DNA of 64,000 nt from an uncultured virus (IMG/VR IMGVR_UViG_3300031555_001734) (taxonomy: Duplodnaviria > Heunggongvirae > Uroviricota > Caudoviricetes). A program made the position numbers and the translations under genes. Location: the IMG/VR virus record IMGVR_UViG_3300031555_001734. One strand, 5' to 3'. The stretch's first letter is position 1. Each line of letters opens with the position of its first letter. The notes under the pieces are model-generated. The model was not told the origin of the DNA, did no database searches, and worked only from the letters and a program-made list of their open reading frames with translations. Below are positions 54,901 through 63,005 of this stretch, in pieces.

Positions 54901-56277
54901 TACACCGAAAGCGGAGACCCCGTGTACAACGGTCAGAACTCCGTCCTGTGGGTCAACCTGAGAAAGTGCTTCTATGCGAAAATTACCGCAGAATACCAGC
55001 GCCTCCGTACTACCATCCGCGGAGATGGCAGTGGCCTGCCGTTGATCAGCTATGAGGTTGTCGATGCGTTGTTCGAGGCACATCAGGGTAAGTGGTGTGA
55101 AGCTATCTACAACGAGGACATGGAACGAAAGTGTCTGGACGCTCTGGCCGACGGCGATACCTCCTATCTATCCATGCTTCTCGGAAAGAAGGAGCAGCAG
55201 AGAAAGTGGTGGACATACAATAGATTCCGCTATCTGGATTCCAAGTATGTTACCGGCTCCTCTATGGAGAACCGTATCATTATCCGTGCCAAGTCCAAAG
55301 CGAATGTCTCCCTGATCGCCTACGTTAATATGTACGGCCACGTCTACTACAACGACGAAATGGCTGAGCATCGCATGGAGCGTGGCAAGGAGTACGAATT
55401 TGTCTGGGCTGCTTCCGGAGCAGAGGACGCAGTTATCGGTATCAACGACGCTGATATGCTGACCAGTCTCGGCGATCTGGCACCGCTTCAGGTTGAAACC
55501 ATAGACCTGTCGCCGGCGATTCATGTCACATACATCAAAATTGGCGATGCCGCCGACGACTATGAGAACGCCAGCCTGACTTCTGTTACCTTTGGTAATA
55601 ACTATTTGGCCAAGTATATCGATCTTCGTAAGTGCTCGAAGCTGACACAGAGCATCGACATTTCCGGTTGTACCGGAGTAGAGGAGGTTTACCTCGACGG
55701 CACCTCTGTTACAGGTATCATTCTTCCTGACGGCGGCATGGTTCGGGTTCTGCATATCCCGTCCACAATTGCAAGCATCAAGATTCTGAATCAGACCAAA
55801 CTGGAAGAGTTTGCGTGCCCTGACTTCTCGCAGGTATCTTCTCTGCGTATAGAGAATTGCGGTACTCTCGTCGATACCGCTTCCATCGTTGCTGGCATGC
55901 AGAGTACCGGTCGTGTCCGCTTGATCGGAATGGACTGGACTTTGGATAGCACAGATATCATGGACAAGCTGATCGGCATGAAGGGTCTGACAGAAACGGA
56001 TATCAACACTGACAAACCCGTTCTGTCAGGCAAAGTTCACTTCTCTATGGCACTTCCAATCAGCAAACTGCTGGAATATGAAGAATCGTTCCCGTTCCTG
56101 ACTATCACAGCAGATTCTATTGCAGCTGATGTGCTGATGGTACCCGGCGCTGTTCTGAAGGACAGCGAGGGAGACATTCTGAAGATGTCCGACGGCGGCT
56201 ATGAAACTGAGTTTACCGCAGATCAGATCGATGCATTTACGAGCGCTGTCCTGGAAGCACTTGCTTCGCTTGAATAA
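51967..56277 (+). CDS. Large tail-associated protein with LamG-like, CotH-kinase-like and LRR-like regions
   Basis: VQGTSS..Y..KNYKIK, KAD..SS..ANN, GKYNFN.DK, D...KN, FYD.DS.LG.NN.G; LamG-like MYINGI; LRR-like C-terminus. Confidence 0.7.
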   Translation: MSDISKIVLNGVEYDLKDSTARTDLATALARLSALLTELQANPDYAPTAEVVDIRTAYDGTVYEFAGDAVRALGQQLSEFKEKFGDNLYFGWKYENSVLELTLNGNVCSDPVTIVSGGSGGSANNATMSLKNTGGWVYKTIATGKECSVQATWSSLEDGISTGTGTLKVTVNGSVQINRSIEQGDFSIPLESYLVDGPNTVRINVTDVYENSKTLTFTINVVALYLNSTFDATAQYTGAITYYYTPTGAAEKTMHFILDGEEIATEIVSVTGQQQEFSIPAQTHGSHTFETYFTAVVGSDTVQSNSLYYDLMCIEDGNTTPIIASTFRPVATEQFVTFTIPHIVYDPANLQTTVEYRASGELVSSLTVDRTEQKWSLQGADVGDLELTITCGDTVKSFTVPIIESSMDVSAVTNSLTLHLTAYGRSNNEANPEVWEFGDCAASLSGFNFKSDGWQLDEDGNSVLRVAGDARVYIPLQIFAEDFRSTGKTIELEFATRDVLNYDAILFSCMSGGRGLEVGAQKATLTSEQSQIGTQYKEEEHVRLAFVVEKRANRRLLLMYINGIMSGAVQYPDNDDFSQTEPVGLSIGSSDCTTDIYCIRVYDNDLTRYQVLNNWIADTQVGTLKKERYERNNIYDDYGRITIGTLNKNLPYLVIECPVLPQFKGDKKTCSGYYVDPVHPERCFYFENAQIDVQGTSSQYYKVKNYKIKFKGGFILTDGTTVEVYAMNDNAVPVDTFTYKADVASSEGANNVVLAQLYNELCPTKTPPQEEDPRVRQTIDGHPIVIFWDSGSGPVFVGKYNFNNDKGTEDVFGFKTGDESWEIKQNGTDRVGFHSADFSEGSGWENDFEARYPEDNTNTSNLERFSAWLVTTDLTQVTGADLDAAVTINGVEYTQDTEEYRLAKFTAELPDWMDVSAAVFYYVFTEIFLCIDQREKNAFPTLYALLLLWIILFYDADSSLGINNKGALAFEYFLEDIDYTESGDPVYNGQNSVLWVNLRKCFYAKITAEYQRLRTTIRGDGSGLPLISYEVVDALFEAHQGKWCEAIYNEDMERKCLDALADGDTSYLSMLLGKKEQQRKWWTYNRFRYLDSKYVTGSSMENRIIIRAKSKANVSLIAYVNMYGHVYYNDEMAEHRMERGKEYEFVWAASGAEDAVIGINDADMLTSLGDLAPLQVETIDLSPAIHVTYIKIGDAADDYENASLTSVTFGNNYLAKYIDLRKCSKLTQSIDISGCTGVEEVYLDGTSVTGIILPDGGMVRVLHIPSTIASIKILNQTKLEEFACPDFSQVSSLRIENCGTLVDTASIVAGMQSTGRVRLIGMDWTLDSTDIMDKLIGMKGLTETDINTDKPVLSGKVHFSMALPISKLLEYEESFPFLTITADSIAADVLMVPGAVLKDSEGDILKMSDGGYETEFTADQIDAFTSAVLEALASLE

Positions 56278-56289
56278 GGAGGTAGCACA

Positions 56290-57483
56290 ATGGCTCAAAA
56301 TATTGAACAGTTAAGTCATACCGGTCAGGAACTGGACAAGGCTATTGCTGGTTGGCTTAACACCCTCATTCCTGCGTATACCCTCCCTGAACAGGTAACC
56401 TTCAGAGCGGCACTGGATCCCACGGTGCCGCAGGTTCACCTGTACTGGGCGTGGGAAAGTACGGATTATGCCAGCGGTATTATGATCCGCAGAAAGGTTG
56501 GATCCTTGCCGGAACACTCCGAAGACGGCGAGCTGGTGTGTAACATCACCGGCACGGAAACAACCACCTATGACGATGCGGGATTCGATATGGAGGATCC
56601 TGAACAGGTCGGAACGATGGCAGCTCCTGTAACCTGGTATTACAGAGCGTTCCCGTACAACACCAATCTGCAGAACCAGACCCACTATCAGACCACGGTG
56701 AATCTGGGTGTCATCTCTGTCAATGTCTATTATCTGGCTGAGTCTACTACGTTGACATCCATCGCCCTGGGCGGAGATTTCGTCTTCGGAAGATGGAACT
56801 CCACGCCGTTGATTTGGAGAGTAGCAAATATCCAGGAAGATCGTGCGCAAGTCATTCTTGCAACAAACTTCCTGAAGATAACTGCACAGTACGACGAAAG
56901 AGAACCTAACAACCCGATTACAGACCGTAACAACGGTAATAACCGATGGTCGTTGTCCAATATCCGTCAGTGGCTCAATTCTGATGGTGCTGCCGGAGAG
57001 TGGTATGTGGAATCCCACGATTATGATGCAGCCAGTAACACCACCAAGAACCGCTCTGGCTTTCTGTATGAGTTCACAGAGGCGGAGAAAGGTATCATTA
57101 TCCCGGAGGAGCATACGATGCTGCTGCCTAGCATTGATGGCGGCGGTACCGAAACTGTGGTTGATACAGTATGGCTCCCGAGCCGTGATGAAATGGGTCT
57201 TGGATCTGAGAACAATAGTTACCCCGAAGGATCTGTGTTCCAGCTTTTTGATGGAGACCTTAATACCAATGCCAACCGAGCTGACGGATGGAATGTTATC
57301 TACTGGCTCAGAACGGCCTATGCCTCCATCGCGATCAACGCGCGTTACGTCGCTGCGGCGGGCTCGCTCGGCAGCCACATCGCCTACAACTCTTTTGCTG
57401 TCCGGGCGGGCTTGACTATTCCTCTTTCTACTGTCCTTTCTTACAATGAGGAAACAGGTTACCATGAGGCGGTAGTCGTCTAA
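56290..57483 (+). CDS. DGR target protein (FN3-like plus DUF6273-like C-type-lectin fold), probable receptor-binding protein
   Basis: NNRW..SNIRQWLNS, D.VWLPS..E, YWLRT...VR; contains the VR; FN3-like WYYRAFPYN. Confidence 0.88.
   Translation: MAQNIEQLSHTGQELDKAIAGWLNTLIPAYTLPEQVTFRAALDPTVPQVHLYWAWESTDYASGIMIRRKVGSLPEHSEDGELVCNITGTETTTYDDAGFDMEDPEQVGTMAAPVTWYYRAFPYNTNLQNQTHYQTTVNLGVISVNVYYLAESTTLTSIALGGDFVFGRWNSTPLIWRVANIQEDRAQVILATNFLKITAQYDEREPNNPITDRNNGNNRWSLSNIRQWLNSDGAAGEWYVESHDYDAASNTTKNRSGFLYEFTEAEKGIIIPEEHTMLLPSIDGGGTETVVDTVWLPSRDEMGLGSENNSYPEGSVFQLFDGDLNTNANRADGWNVIYWLRTAYASIAINARYVAAAGSLGSHIAYNSFAVRAGLTIPLSTVLSYNEETGYHEAVVV
57314..57412 (+). repeat. DGR variable repeat (VR)
   Basis: 99-nt ungapped copy of TR with 12 mismatches, all opposite TR adenines. 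Confidence 0.96.
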
Positions 57484-57497
57484 TTTACTCCCATAAT

Positions 57498-57512
57498 GCC
57501 GCCGAAGGCGGC
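57498..57512 (+). promoter_or_regulatory. GC-rich hairpin downstream of target (candidate DGR cis-acting hairpin or terminator)
   Basis: gccgcc-gaa-ggcggc followed by a T6 run at 57521. Confidence 0.5.
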
Positions 57513-57610
57513 CCGGCCGATTTTTTAGGGAATAACGAAATACGTTATAATATAACAAAATCCGGAAGGTTCGCCAAACTCCGCTATAATACATCCGAGG
57601 ATGTGATATT

Positions 57611-58015
57611 GTGGCTGAGCAAAAATCTGAAATTCGAGATCTTGAGATTATCATCCGGGCCAGAGATCTTCAGGACTGGGTGTTTCGTATAACATCGAAA
57701 AAGCCGAAGAAGCCCGTGAATGAGTTTGAGGATAACGAGAATAACGGTCTTCCTGCAAAGTATCAGCATAGCATCGGAACCAGGATGCAGAACTACACGC
57801 TGGATATATTGGAGTATTTGCAGAATGCTCGCTTCGATAAAAAAGAGCGTGTCGGTCATCTTGATTCTGTGATTAGTGCGATCGTCAGGCTGAACGAATG
57901 TATTTGGCTCTGTTTCAGATTAAAAATTATCCGCAAAGCCTCTGCAGAAGAAGGCGAGAGGATCCTCCTTGAAGTAAAGCGTATGGCCATTGCGTGGCGA
58001 ACGAAATCGGCGTAA
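57611..58015 (+). CDS. avd: DGR accessory variability determinant (Avd, four-helix bundle)
   Basis: 134 aa, LP.KY...IG.RM, helical, W near the C-terminus; sits between target and TR. Confidence 0.85.
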   Translation: MAEQKSEIRDLEIIIRARDLQDWVFRITSKKPKKPVNEFEDNENNGLPAKYQHSIGTRMQNYTLDILEYLQNARFDKKERVGHLDSVISAIVRLNECIWLCFRLKIIRKASAEEGERILLEVKRMAIAWRTKSA

Positions 58016-58067
58016 TGGTGATACTGGTGCAGCTAGATCGCTCTGATTCTTTGTTTTTCCCGGGCGC

Positions 58068-58166
58068 CGGCCAATGCCTCCAACGCGAACAACGCGCGTA
58101 ACGTCGCTGCGGCGGGCTCGCTCAACAACAACAACGCCAACAACTCTTATGCTGTCCGGGCGGACT
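58068..58166 (+). ncRNA. DGR template repeat (TR)
   Basis: Intergenic and AAC-rich (11 AAY codons in target frame); identical to VR except at adenines. Confidence 0.96.
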
Positions 58167-58364
58167 GGTGGTATAGCGAGGTGAGTAAGCGAAAGCTGAA
58201 AAGAGTGCACCATCATCAAGCGAGCTGTTCCATCCCGAAAGGGTAAACAAGGGGTTAAAATCCCATGGCTGATGTCTATTGCGTGGCAACAGGTATTAGG
58301 CTATTACAGTCAAAAGTTATCGCCCCGGATCTCCGGGGCGATAATGGTTTTAGGAGTGTGCGGT

Positions 58365-59537
58365 ATGGGAGAAATGGAAAAAGCTACAGATCTGGCCTCT
58401 CTTCACAGGGCATATTACAAGGTGAAGAAAGGAAAGCGTGGAAAGCCTGCGGCAATTAAATTCGGTCTGAATGCCATGGAAGGTCTATGCCGACTGAAAT
58501 GGAGCATGGAAAACCGGAGTTATCATCTTAGCAACTATACAACATTCAATGTCACAAGGCCTGTCTTTCGTGAGGTGAAGACGTGCTCGTTTCAAGACAA
58601 AATCGTACTCAGTTCGGTGTGCAAAAACGTCCTTTGGGATAGGATAGAACCACACCTGATAGACACGAACTATGCGAGCCGAAAAGGCTTTGGCCAGCAC
58701 ATGGCCCTGGATATCCTCGAAAAGCATTTGAGATCCTTTTACATCAATCATGGTTGCAACGGTTACGTATTGCGGATCGATGTGAGAAAGTATTTCTATA
58801 ACCTATCCCACGATGCCATTGCTCTGGATATGCGGCGATTCGGTTTTGATGATTGGACAATCTGGATTGTATGCCAGATCCTGGTGAGTTCTCATCACTC
58901 AAAGAAAAGCGGATATTACACTACAGATGCTAAAGGCCGCTGCAGCGTAATATTCTGCGATCAGCAAGGCTTTCCGGAGCTTGAGGTAGGATCCCCGATC
59001 GGCAACGAGTCGAGCCAGGTTTTTGCGGTGCAGTATGCAAATGACATTGACCACGCTATCAAAGATCAGTGGGGCGTTAAGTACTACGGTCGTTATATGG
59101 ACGATAGTTATATCATTCACCATGACAGACAGTATCTGGAAGAGCGCCTCGCCGATCTGCGGGAGCTGTATCGAAAAAGAGGCCTTGAATTGAATAATAA
59201 AACACAGATCTCGCCGTTGAAAAACGGAGTGAGTTTTCTGGGTATGCACTTCATCCTGACCGATACCGGAAAGGTAATACGCAGGCTGAGACCGAAGAAT
59301 GTTCGGTACCAGCGTGTCCACATTCGGGAAAATGCGGAAGCAGTTGCCCGAGGGAAAATGACAGTCGAAAGTTACTGGAAACGATTCGAGGCGATGGATG
59401 CACACAATGCCCATGCGGACGCAAAGTCGCTTCGGAAAAAGCTACGGCGATATGCCGAGGAGGCGTTGCAAAATGCTTATCATCGAGAACAACGGAAACT
59501 GGGAGAAGTCCAAGAGGACATCAAAGAATCTCCCTGA
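58365..59537 (+). CDS. DGR reverse transcriptase
   Basis: F.DKIV, YASR.G.G, L.IDVRKYF, G.PIGN..SQ (DGR-type SQ), YYGRYMDD, FLG; AGGAG SD before ATG 58365. Confidence 0.95.
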   Translation: MGEMEKATDLASLHRAYYKVKKGKRGKPAAIKFGLNAMEGLCRLKWSMENRSYHLSNYTTFNVTRPVFREVKTCSFQDKIVLSSVCKNVLWDRIEPHLIDTNYASRKGFGQHMALDILEKHLRSFYINHGCNGYVLRIDVRKYFYNLSHDAIALDMRRFGFDDWTIWIVCQILVSSHHSKKSGYYTTDAKGRCSVIFCDQQGFPELEVGSPIGNESSQVFAVQYANDIDHAIKDQWGVKYYGRYMDDSYIIHHDRQYLEERLADLRELYRKRGLELNNKTQISPLKNGVSFLGMHFILTDTGKVIRRLRPKNVRYQRVHIRENAEAVARGKMTVESYWKRFEAMDAHNAHADAKSLRKKLRRYAEEALQNAYHREQRKLGEVQEDIKESP

Positions 59538-59772
59538 AGCACATATTGATGGAGGAACGATGTTTCTTCCTATCAATATCGAGGAAACTACGATCCTTGA
59601 ACCCGTCTTTGACGAGGAAGGGAACGAGATTTCCACCACTGAACACACGGGCTATTCCTTCGATGAATACCGTATCAATAAGGCCATAAACCTCCCGGAG
59701 GAGGCATCGGCCGCACTCGCTGGCGCTTTCCAGCTCAGCGTACAAGCACTTAAGATCCTGGGGGTGATGTAA
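59473..59772 (+). CDS. Tail fibre chaperone-like small protein
   Basis: GGAGG SD; overlaps the RT end; P.NIEE...Y..DEY. Confidence 0.55.
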   Translation: MLIIENNGNWEKSKRTSKNLPEAHIDGGTMFLPINIEETTILEPVFDEEGNEISTTEHTGYSFDEYRINKAINLPEEASAALAGAFQLSVQALKILGVM

Positions 59773-60213
59773 ATGGCAACACTCATTGAAAGGGCCAAAG
59801 AGGTAAGATCCTACACCGAGACGGCCGCACAGTTGCTGCCTGACGACATTGCTTTGAAAGCCAAGGCACTGTACCCCCGATGGGAAGACCTTGTGGAAGA
59901 AGGAAAGAAAGTGAAAGCGGGCTTCCGATTCATGTACGGAAACAACCTCATGGAGACCGTTCAGCCGGAGCACACCTTCACCAACGAGCACACCCCCGGA
60001 GCAACCGGAACAGAGAGCCTGTTCAAGAATCGGAATGAATCGAATGCCGGATCCCGGGAGGATCCGATCCCGTACAACGGCAATATGGATCTTCTGGAAG
60101 GCAAGTATTACAGCCAGGACGGCGTTGTGTACCTGTGTACCAGAGATACCGGCATTGCTGTCTACCACGCTCTTGCTGATCTGGTCGGCATCTATGTTGA
60201 GCCCGCCGAATAA
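59773..60213 (+). CDS. Carbohydrate-binding-like small tail protein
   Basis: LPDD.AL...LYP.W, DPIPY...M.L..GKYY..DGV.Y.C.RD. Confidence 0.7.
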   Translation: MATLIERAKEVRSYTETAAQLLPDDIALKAKALYPRWEDLVEEGKKVKAGFRFMYGNNLMETVQPEHTFTNEHTPGATGTESLFKNRNESNAGSREDPIPYNGNMDLLEGKYYSQDGVVYLCTRDTGIAVYHALADLVGIYVEPAE

Positions 60214-60299
60214 CGCATTTCGTGATTTTCTAACTTCATGGAGAATGAATAAAGAAATGATGCTATAAATGAGGATATAACCTTTTAGGAGGGATCCTC

Positions 60300-60509
60300 G
60301 TGTCAAATCTGGAAATGATCGAAACGCTATGCAAGTTGGTAGAAGAACAGTCGAAGGTCATTCGACATCTTGCAACAGAACTCGCTCATACAAGGAACCT
60401 CTCTGATGCTGAAGCCCGGATGGTAACAGCTGTTCGGGATCAGTACGCATACCTCCTTGGAGCGGATGAAATACCCGATGAACTGTATATGGATGAAACC
60501 CACGGCTAA
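60300..60509 (+). CDS. Small moron-like protein
   Basis: AGGAGG SD, AT-rich upstream with TG-C-TATAAA, own terminator. Confidence 0.6.
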   Translation: MSNLEMIETLCKLVEEQSKVIRHLATELAHTRNLSDAEARMVTAVRDQYAYLLGADEIPDELYMDETHG

Positions 60510-60526
60510 GGCCGTGGGTTTTTTGT
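60496..60526 (+). terminator. Intrinsic terminator
   Basis: aaacccacggc/gccgtgggttt stem plus T run. Confidence 0.8.
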
Positions 60527-60539
60527 TGGAGGATCCGCT

Positions 60540-61343
60540 ATGCAAAATAAGCAAAAGCAATGGCAACTTTATTATCTGGGATTCTACGGAGAGTCGACCT
60601 CAGATATTGACGGTATCTGGGGACCGAAGTCCAGAGCTGCGACCGAGCAGCTGCAGAAGGCCGTAGGAATCAAGGATGACGGTATTTTCGGTACCCACAC
60701 TCGCAATAAGACAAAGGAAATGATTTCTGCGATTCAGGAAGTCATCAGCGGCAGCGGTGGAAAGAAGCTTACGATCGATGGCCTTGCTGGGCCTGCTACG
60801 ATGTCGGCTACGATCTGGTACCAAAAGGAGCACGGCCTGACGCCCAACGGACTTGCGGATGCTGAAACCCGGAAGTACATCAGTGAAAACTGTGGCCCTC
60901 AGGTTGGTGAGGACATAAATGTCCCTGGCAACGAATCTGCGACCGACATTCCTGTCGGTGACAAAAAGGAGACAACTGGCACCTTCTGGGACGAAATTCA
61001 GTATTTCACTCGGGATGAACTGAAGTGTAAATGTGGTGGGAGGTTTTGCAATGGCTTCCCGGCCGAGCCTCAGGAAATGACTGTCCGACTGGCAGATCGT
61101 GCCCGGAAACATTTCGGCCGTCCCGCTCATAACGTCAGCTTCCTGCGCTGCCGGCAGCACAATGCCAATTCCGGAGGTGTCGCCAACTCCCAGCACATGT
61201 ATGGAGAAGCAATGGACATTTATATTGAGGGCGTTACTGCGAACGAACTCTACAGCTTCATGAAGAAGCAACCGGAGGTCCGGTACACCTATAAGATCAA
61301 CAATACAAATGTCCACTTCGATATTCCTAAGGGAGCGAGGTGA
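60540..61343 (+). CDS. Endolysin: peptidoglycan-binding domains plus peptidase M15
   Basis: DGIWG/DGIFG/DGLAG PG-binding repeats; R...HN...GG..NSQH.YG.A.D...H.D. Confidence 0.88.
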   Translation: MQNKQKQWQLYYLGFYGESTSDIDGIWGPKSRAATEQLQKAVGIKDDGIFGTHTRNKTKEMISAIQEVISGSGGKKLTIDGLAGPATMSATIWYQKEHGLTPNGLADAETRKYISENCGPQVGEDINVPGNESATDIPVGDKKETTGTFWDEIQYFTRDELKCKCGGRFCNGFPAEPQEMTVRLADRARKHFGRPAHNVSFLRCRQHNANSGGVANSQHMYGEAMDIYIEGVTANELYSFMKKQPEVRYTYKINNTNVHFDIPKGAR

Positions 61344-61828
61344 TACCAATGCAGCAAATATACGAAGTGATCGAAATGATCACGGGGAAGCCTGCTAAAG
61401 AAGTGCTCGGCGTAGGCTTTCTTTTCCTGATGCTGTTATCGATCTTTGTTGAGATAACCCCCATCAAATTCAATCCCATCACATTCCTGATCCAATTGCC
61501 TGGCAAGATCATGGGGTGGCTCAGTAAGGCCATCAACGCGCCTGTTCTGGCCGAGCTTGCGAAACAGGAGAAAACCATAGGGGAGATCCGGGATGTAGTT
61601 GATGACAACGAAATCGATAGGATCCGGTGGGAAATACTCGACTTCGCAAATTCTTGCAGGCAGCATAAAAAGCACACTCTGGATGAGTTCGTACATATCA
61701 TAGAACTTAATGCAAAATACCATTCGATTCTGGAACGCCGAGACCTGAAGAACGGCAGAATCGATCTGGAGTATGCCTACATCGAAAAGATCTACCAAGA
61801 ATGCCTGGAAGAAAACAGCTTTTTGTAA
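61340..61828 (+). CDS. Holin-associated membrane protein
   Basis: TM plus EI.PIK.NP; R..IL.FA...H...F......Y.....NG. Confidence 0.7.
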   Translation: MIPMQQIYEVIEMITGKPAKEVLGVGFLFLMLLSIFVEITPIKFNPITFLIQLPGKIMGWLSKAINAPVLAELAKQEKTIGEIRDVVDDNEIDRIRWEILDFANSCRQHKKHTLDEFVHIIELNAKYHSILERRDLKNGRIDLEYAYIEKIYQECLEENSFL

Positions 61829-61910
61829 AGGGAGGGGATCTCAATGCGTAAGATTATTTAGCGTCACACAGTAAGCCATAAACTCTCAATCACTCAAGGA
61901 GGAAAAACAA

Positions 61911-62249
61911 ATGAACTTCGACATTAACGCAATCGCCCCTGTTCTGCTGAACTACGCATCCATTCTGCTGGGTGTCATGTTCCTTTTGGTCTTCACCGTC
62001 AACGTCATCGTTGAGGTTGTCAAGCGCCTGGTTCCTGTGGTCCCCACCGATCTGGTGGTGTTCATCGTATCCATTGCGGTAACGATGCTGGCCTTGTGGA
62101 TCTGCGCTTCCGTCCTTCAGATTACTATCATGTGGTACTACGCCGTCGGCGCATTGGTATTGGGTATTTTTGTTGCCTATGCTGCCATGTTCGGCTTCGA
62201 CAAATTCAAAGAGCTGTATGACCGGCTCAAGACTGTCGCTGATAAATAA
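61911..62249 (+). CDS. Holin (3 TM)
   Basis: IVEVVK....PT......S, AM.GFDK.KE; AAGGAGG SD. Confidence 0.75.
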   Translation: MNFDINAIAPVLLNYASILLGVMFLLVFTVNVIVEVVKRLVPVVPTDLVVFIVSIAVTMLALWICASVLQITIMWYYAVGALVLGIFVAYAAMFGFDKFKELYDRLKTVADK

Positions 62250-62256
62250 ATAACTT

Positions 62257-62305
62257 ACGCCCCCATCGAGTCGCCTTCTGCGTGGCTCGGTGGGGGCGTT
62301 TTTTT
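62257..62305 (+). terminator. Late operon terminator
   Basis: acgcccccatcgag/ctcggtgggggcgt stem plus long T run. Confidence 0.85.
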
Positions 62306-62318
62306 GTTTTATATCGGT

Positions 62319-62495
62319 TTACTCATTGAAGTCTTGCAATCCCGGTTGTAACCGATCAGGGGAGGCGGCAGAGGCAACGACAGTAAAACCTTTCTTTTCA
62401 AGTTCGTCGCTGAACTCCTCAAAACTCATGTGACCGGCCGCTTTCATCGCCTTGCTGACTTCCTTGAGTTCTTCCTCTGTCCAATCTCTGCTCAT
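62319..62495 (-). CDS. Small hypothetical protein
   Basis: MSRDWTEEELKE.S..MK..G.MSFEEF; coupled to the upstream ORF. Confidence 0.55.
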   Translation of the reverse strand: MSRDWTEEELKEVSKAMKAAGHMSFEEFSDELEKKGFTVVASAASPDRLQPGLQDFNE

Positions 62496-62995
62496 ATGGG
62501 CAAGAACTCCTCTCGGGTAAGAACACCGACACACTCGTATCCGACCCAGTGAAGCGGGGGATCCAACTGCTTCCATTTTGCTTCGTCATAGCAGAAGGAG
62601 CAGTTCAGATCTCCGGATGCCTTATTGGGTACGGTTTCTCTGAATAGTGCTGTGGCTTCGTCCCAACTGGATGCTACCACCTCAAGCCATGCGTTCTGAT
62701 ACGGTAATTCAGGATCGTCGTTGAAAGTGAAGTAGTACCGGTTCATGAGGTCATAACGCTCGGGGTTAATTGCTACATCCCATGCGACGGGAGGAATGTT
62801 GGAGCTGCTCATCGCCCGAAGCGCCTCGTCCATTCCGCACATGTCGCAGATATGGATACCGTAACACCGACTCAGTGCATTTCGAGTTACCGGGACTGTC
62901 ATGTTGTTACGGCCGCAGCGAGGACACGGGTAGATGCCCTCAGCCTGCTTTGCGGCAAGCCTGGTGATAAAGGATTCTGCCTTTTGCTTATCCAT
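62492..62995 (-). CDS. Zinc-finger protein fused to a domain paralogous to 4697..4948
   Basis: CPRCG...ALSR....ICD.CG..EA then MNRYYFTF...; AAGGAGG SD. Confidence 0.7.
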   Translation of the reverse strand: MDKQKAESFITRLAAKQAEGIYPCPRCGRNNMTVPVTRNALSRCYGIHICDMCGMDEALRAMSSSNIPPVAWDVAINPERYDLMNRYYFTFNDDPELPYQNAWLEVVASSWDEATALFRETVPNKASGDLNCSFCYDEAKWKQLDPPLHWVGYECVGVLTREEFLPI

Positions 62996-63005
62996 GATGG
63001 CCTCC

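Larger units (their letters stand above)
56290..59537 (+). mobile_element. Diversity-generating retroelement cassette (target-VR, avd, TR, RT)
   Basis: All four components are present in canonical order. Confidence 0.95.

Noticed and set aside
51967..56277. Second DGR variable repeat in the large tail protein or elsewhere
   Set aside because: No TR-like sequence was found by eye; a local alignment of TR against the full genome is needed to exclude it formally.
58123..58144. AAC microsatellite or mini-CRISPR
   Set aside because: It is the Asn-codon run of the DGR template; no repeat-spacer array was seen anywhere in the window.
58365..59537. RT as a group II intron, retron or Abi RT
   Set aside because: The adjacent TR/VR pair with adenine-only mismatches, the avd gene and the SQ motif identify a DGR; no maturase/HNH extension is seen.
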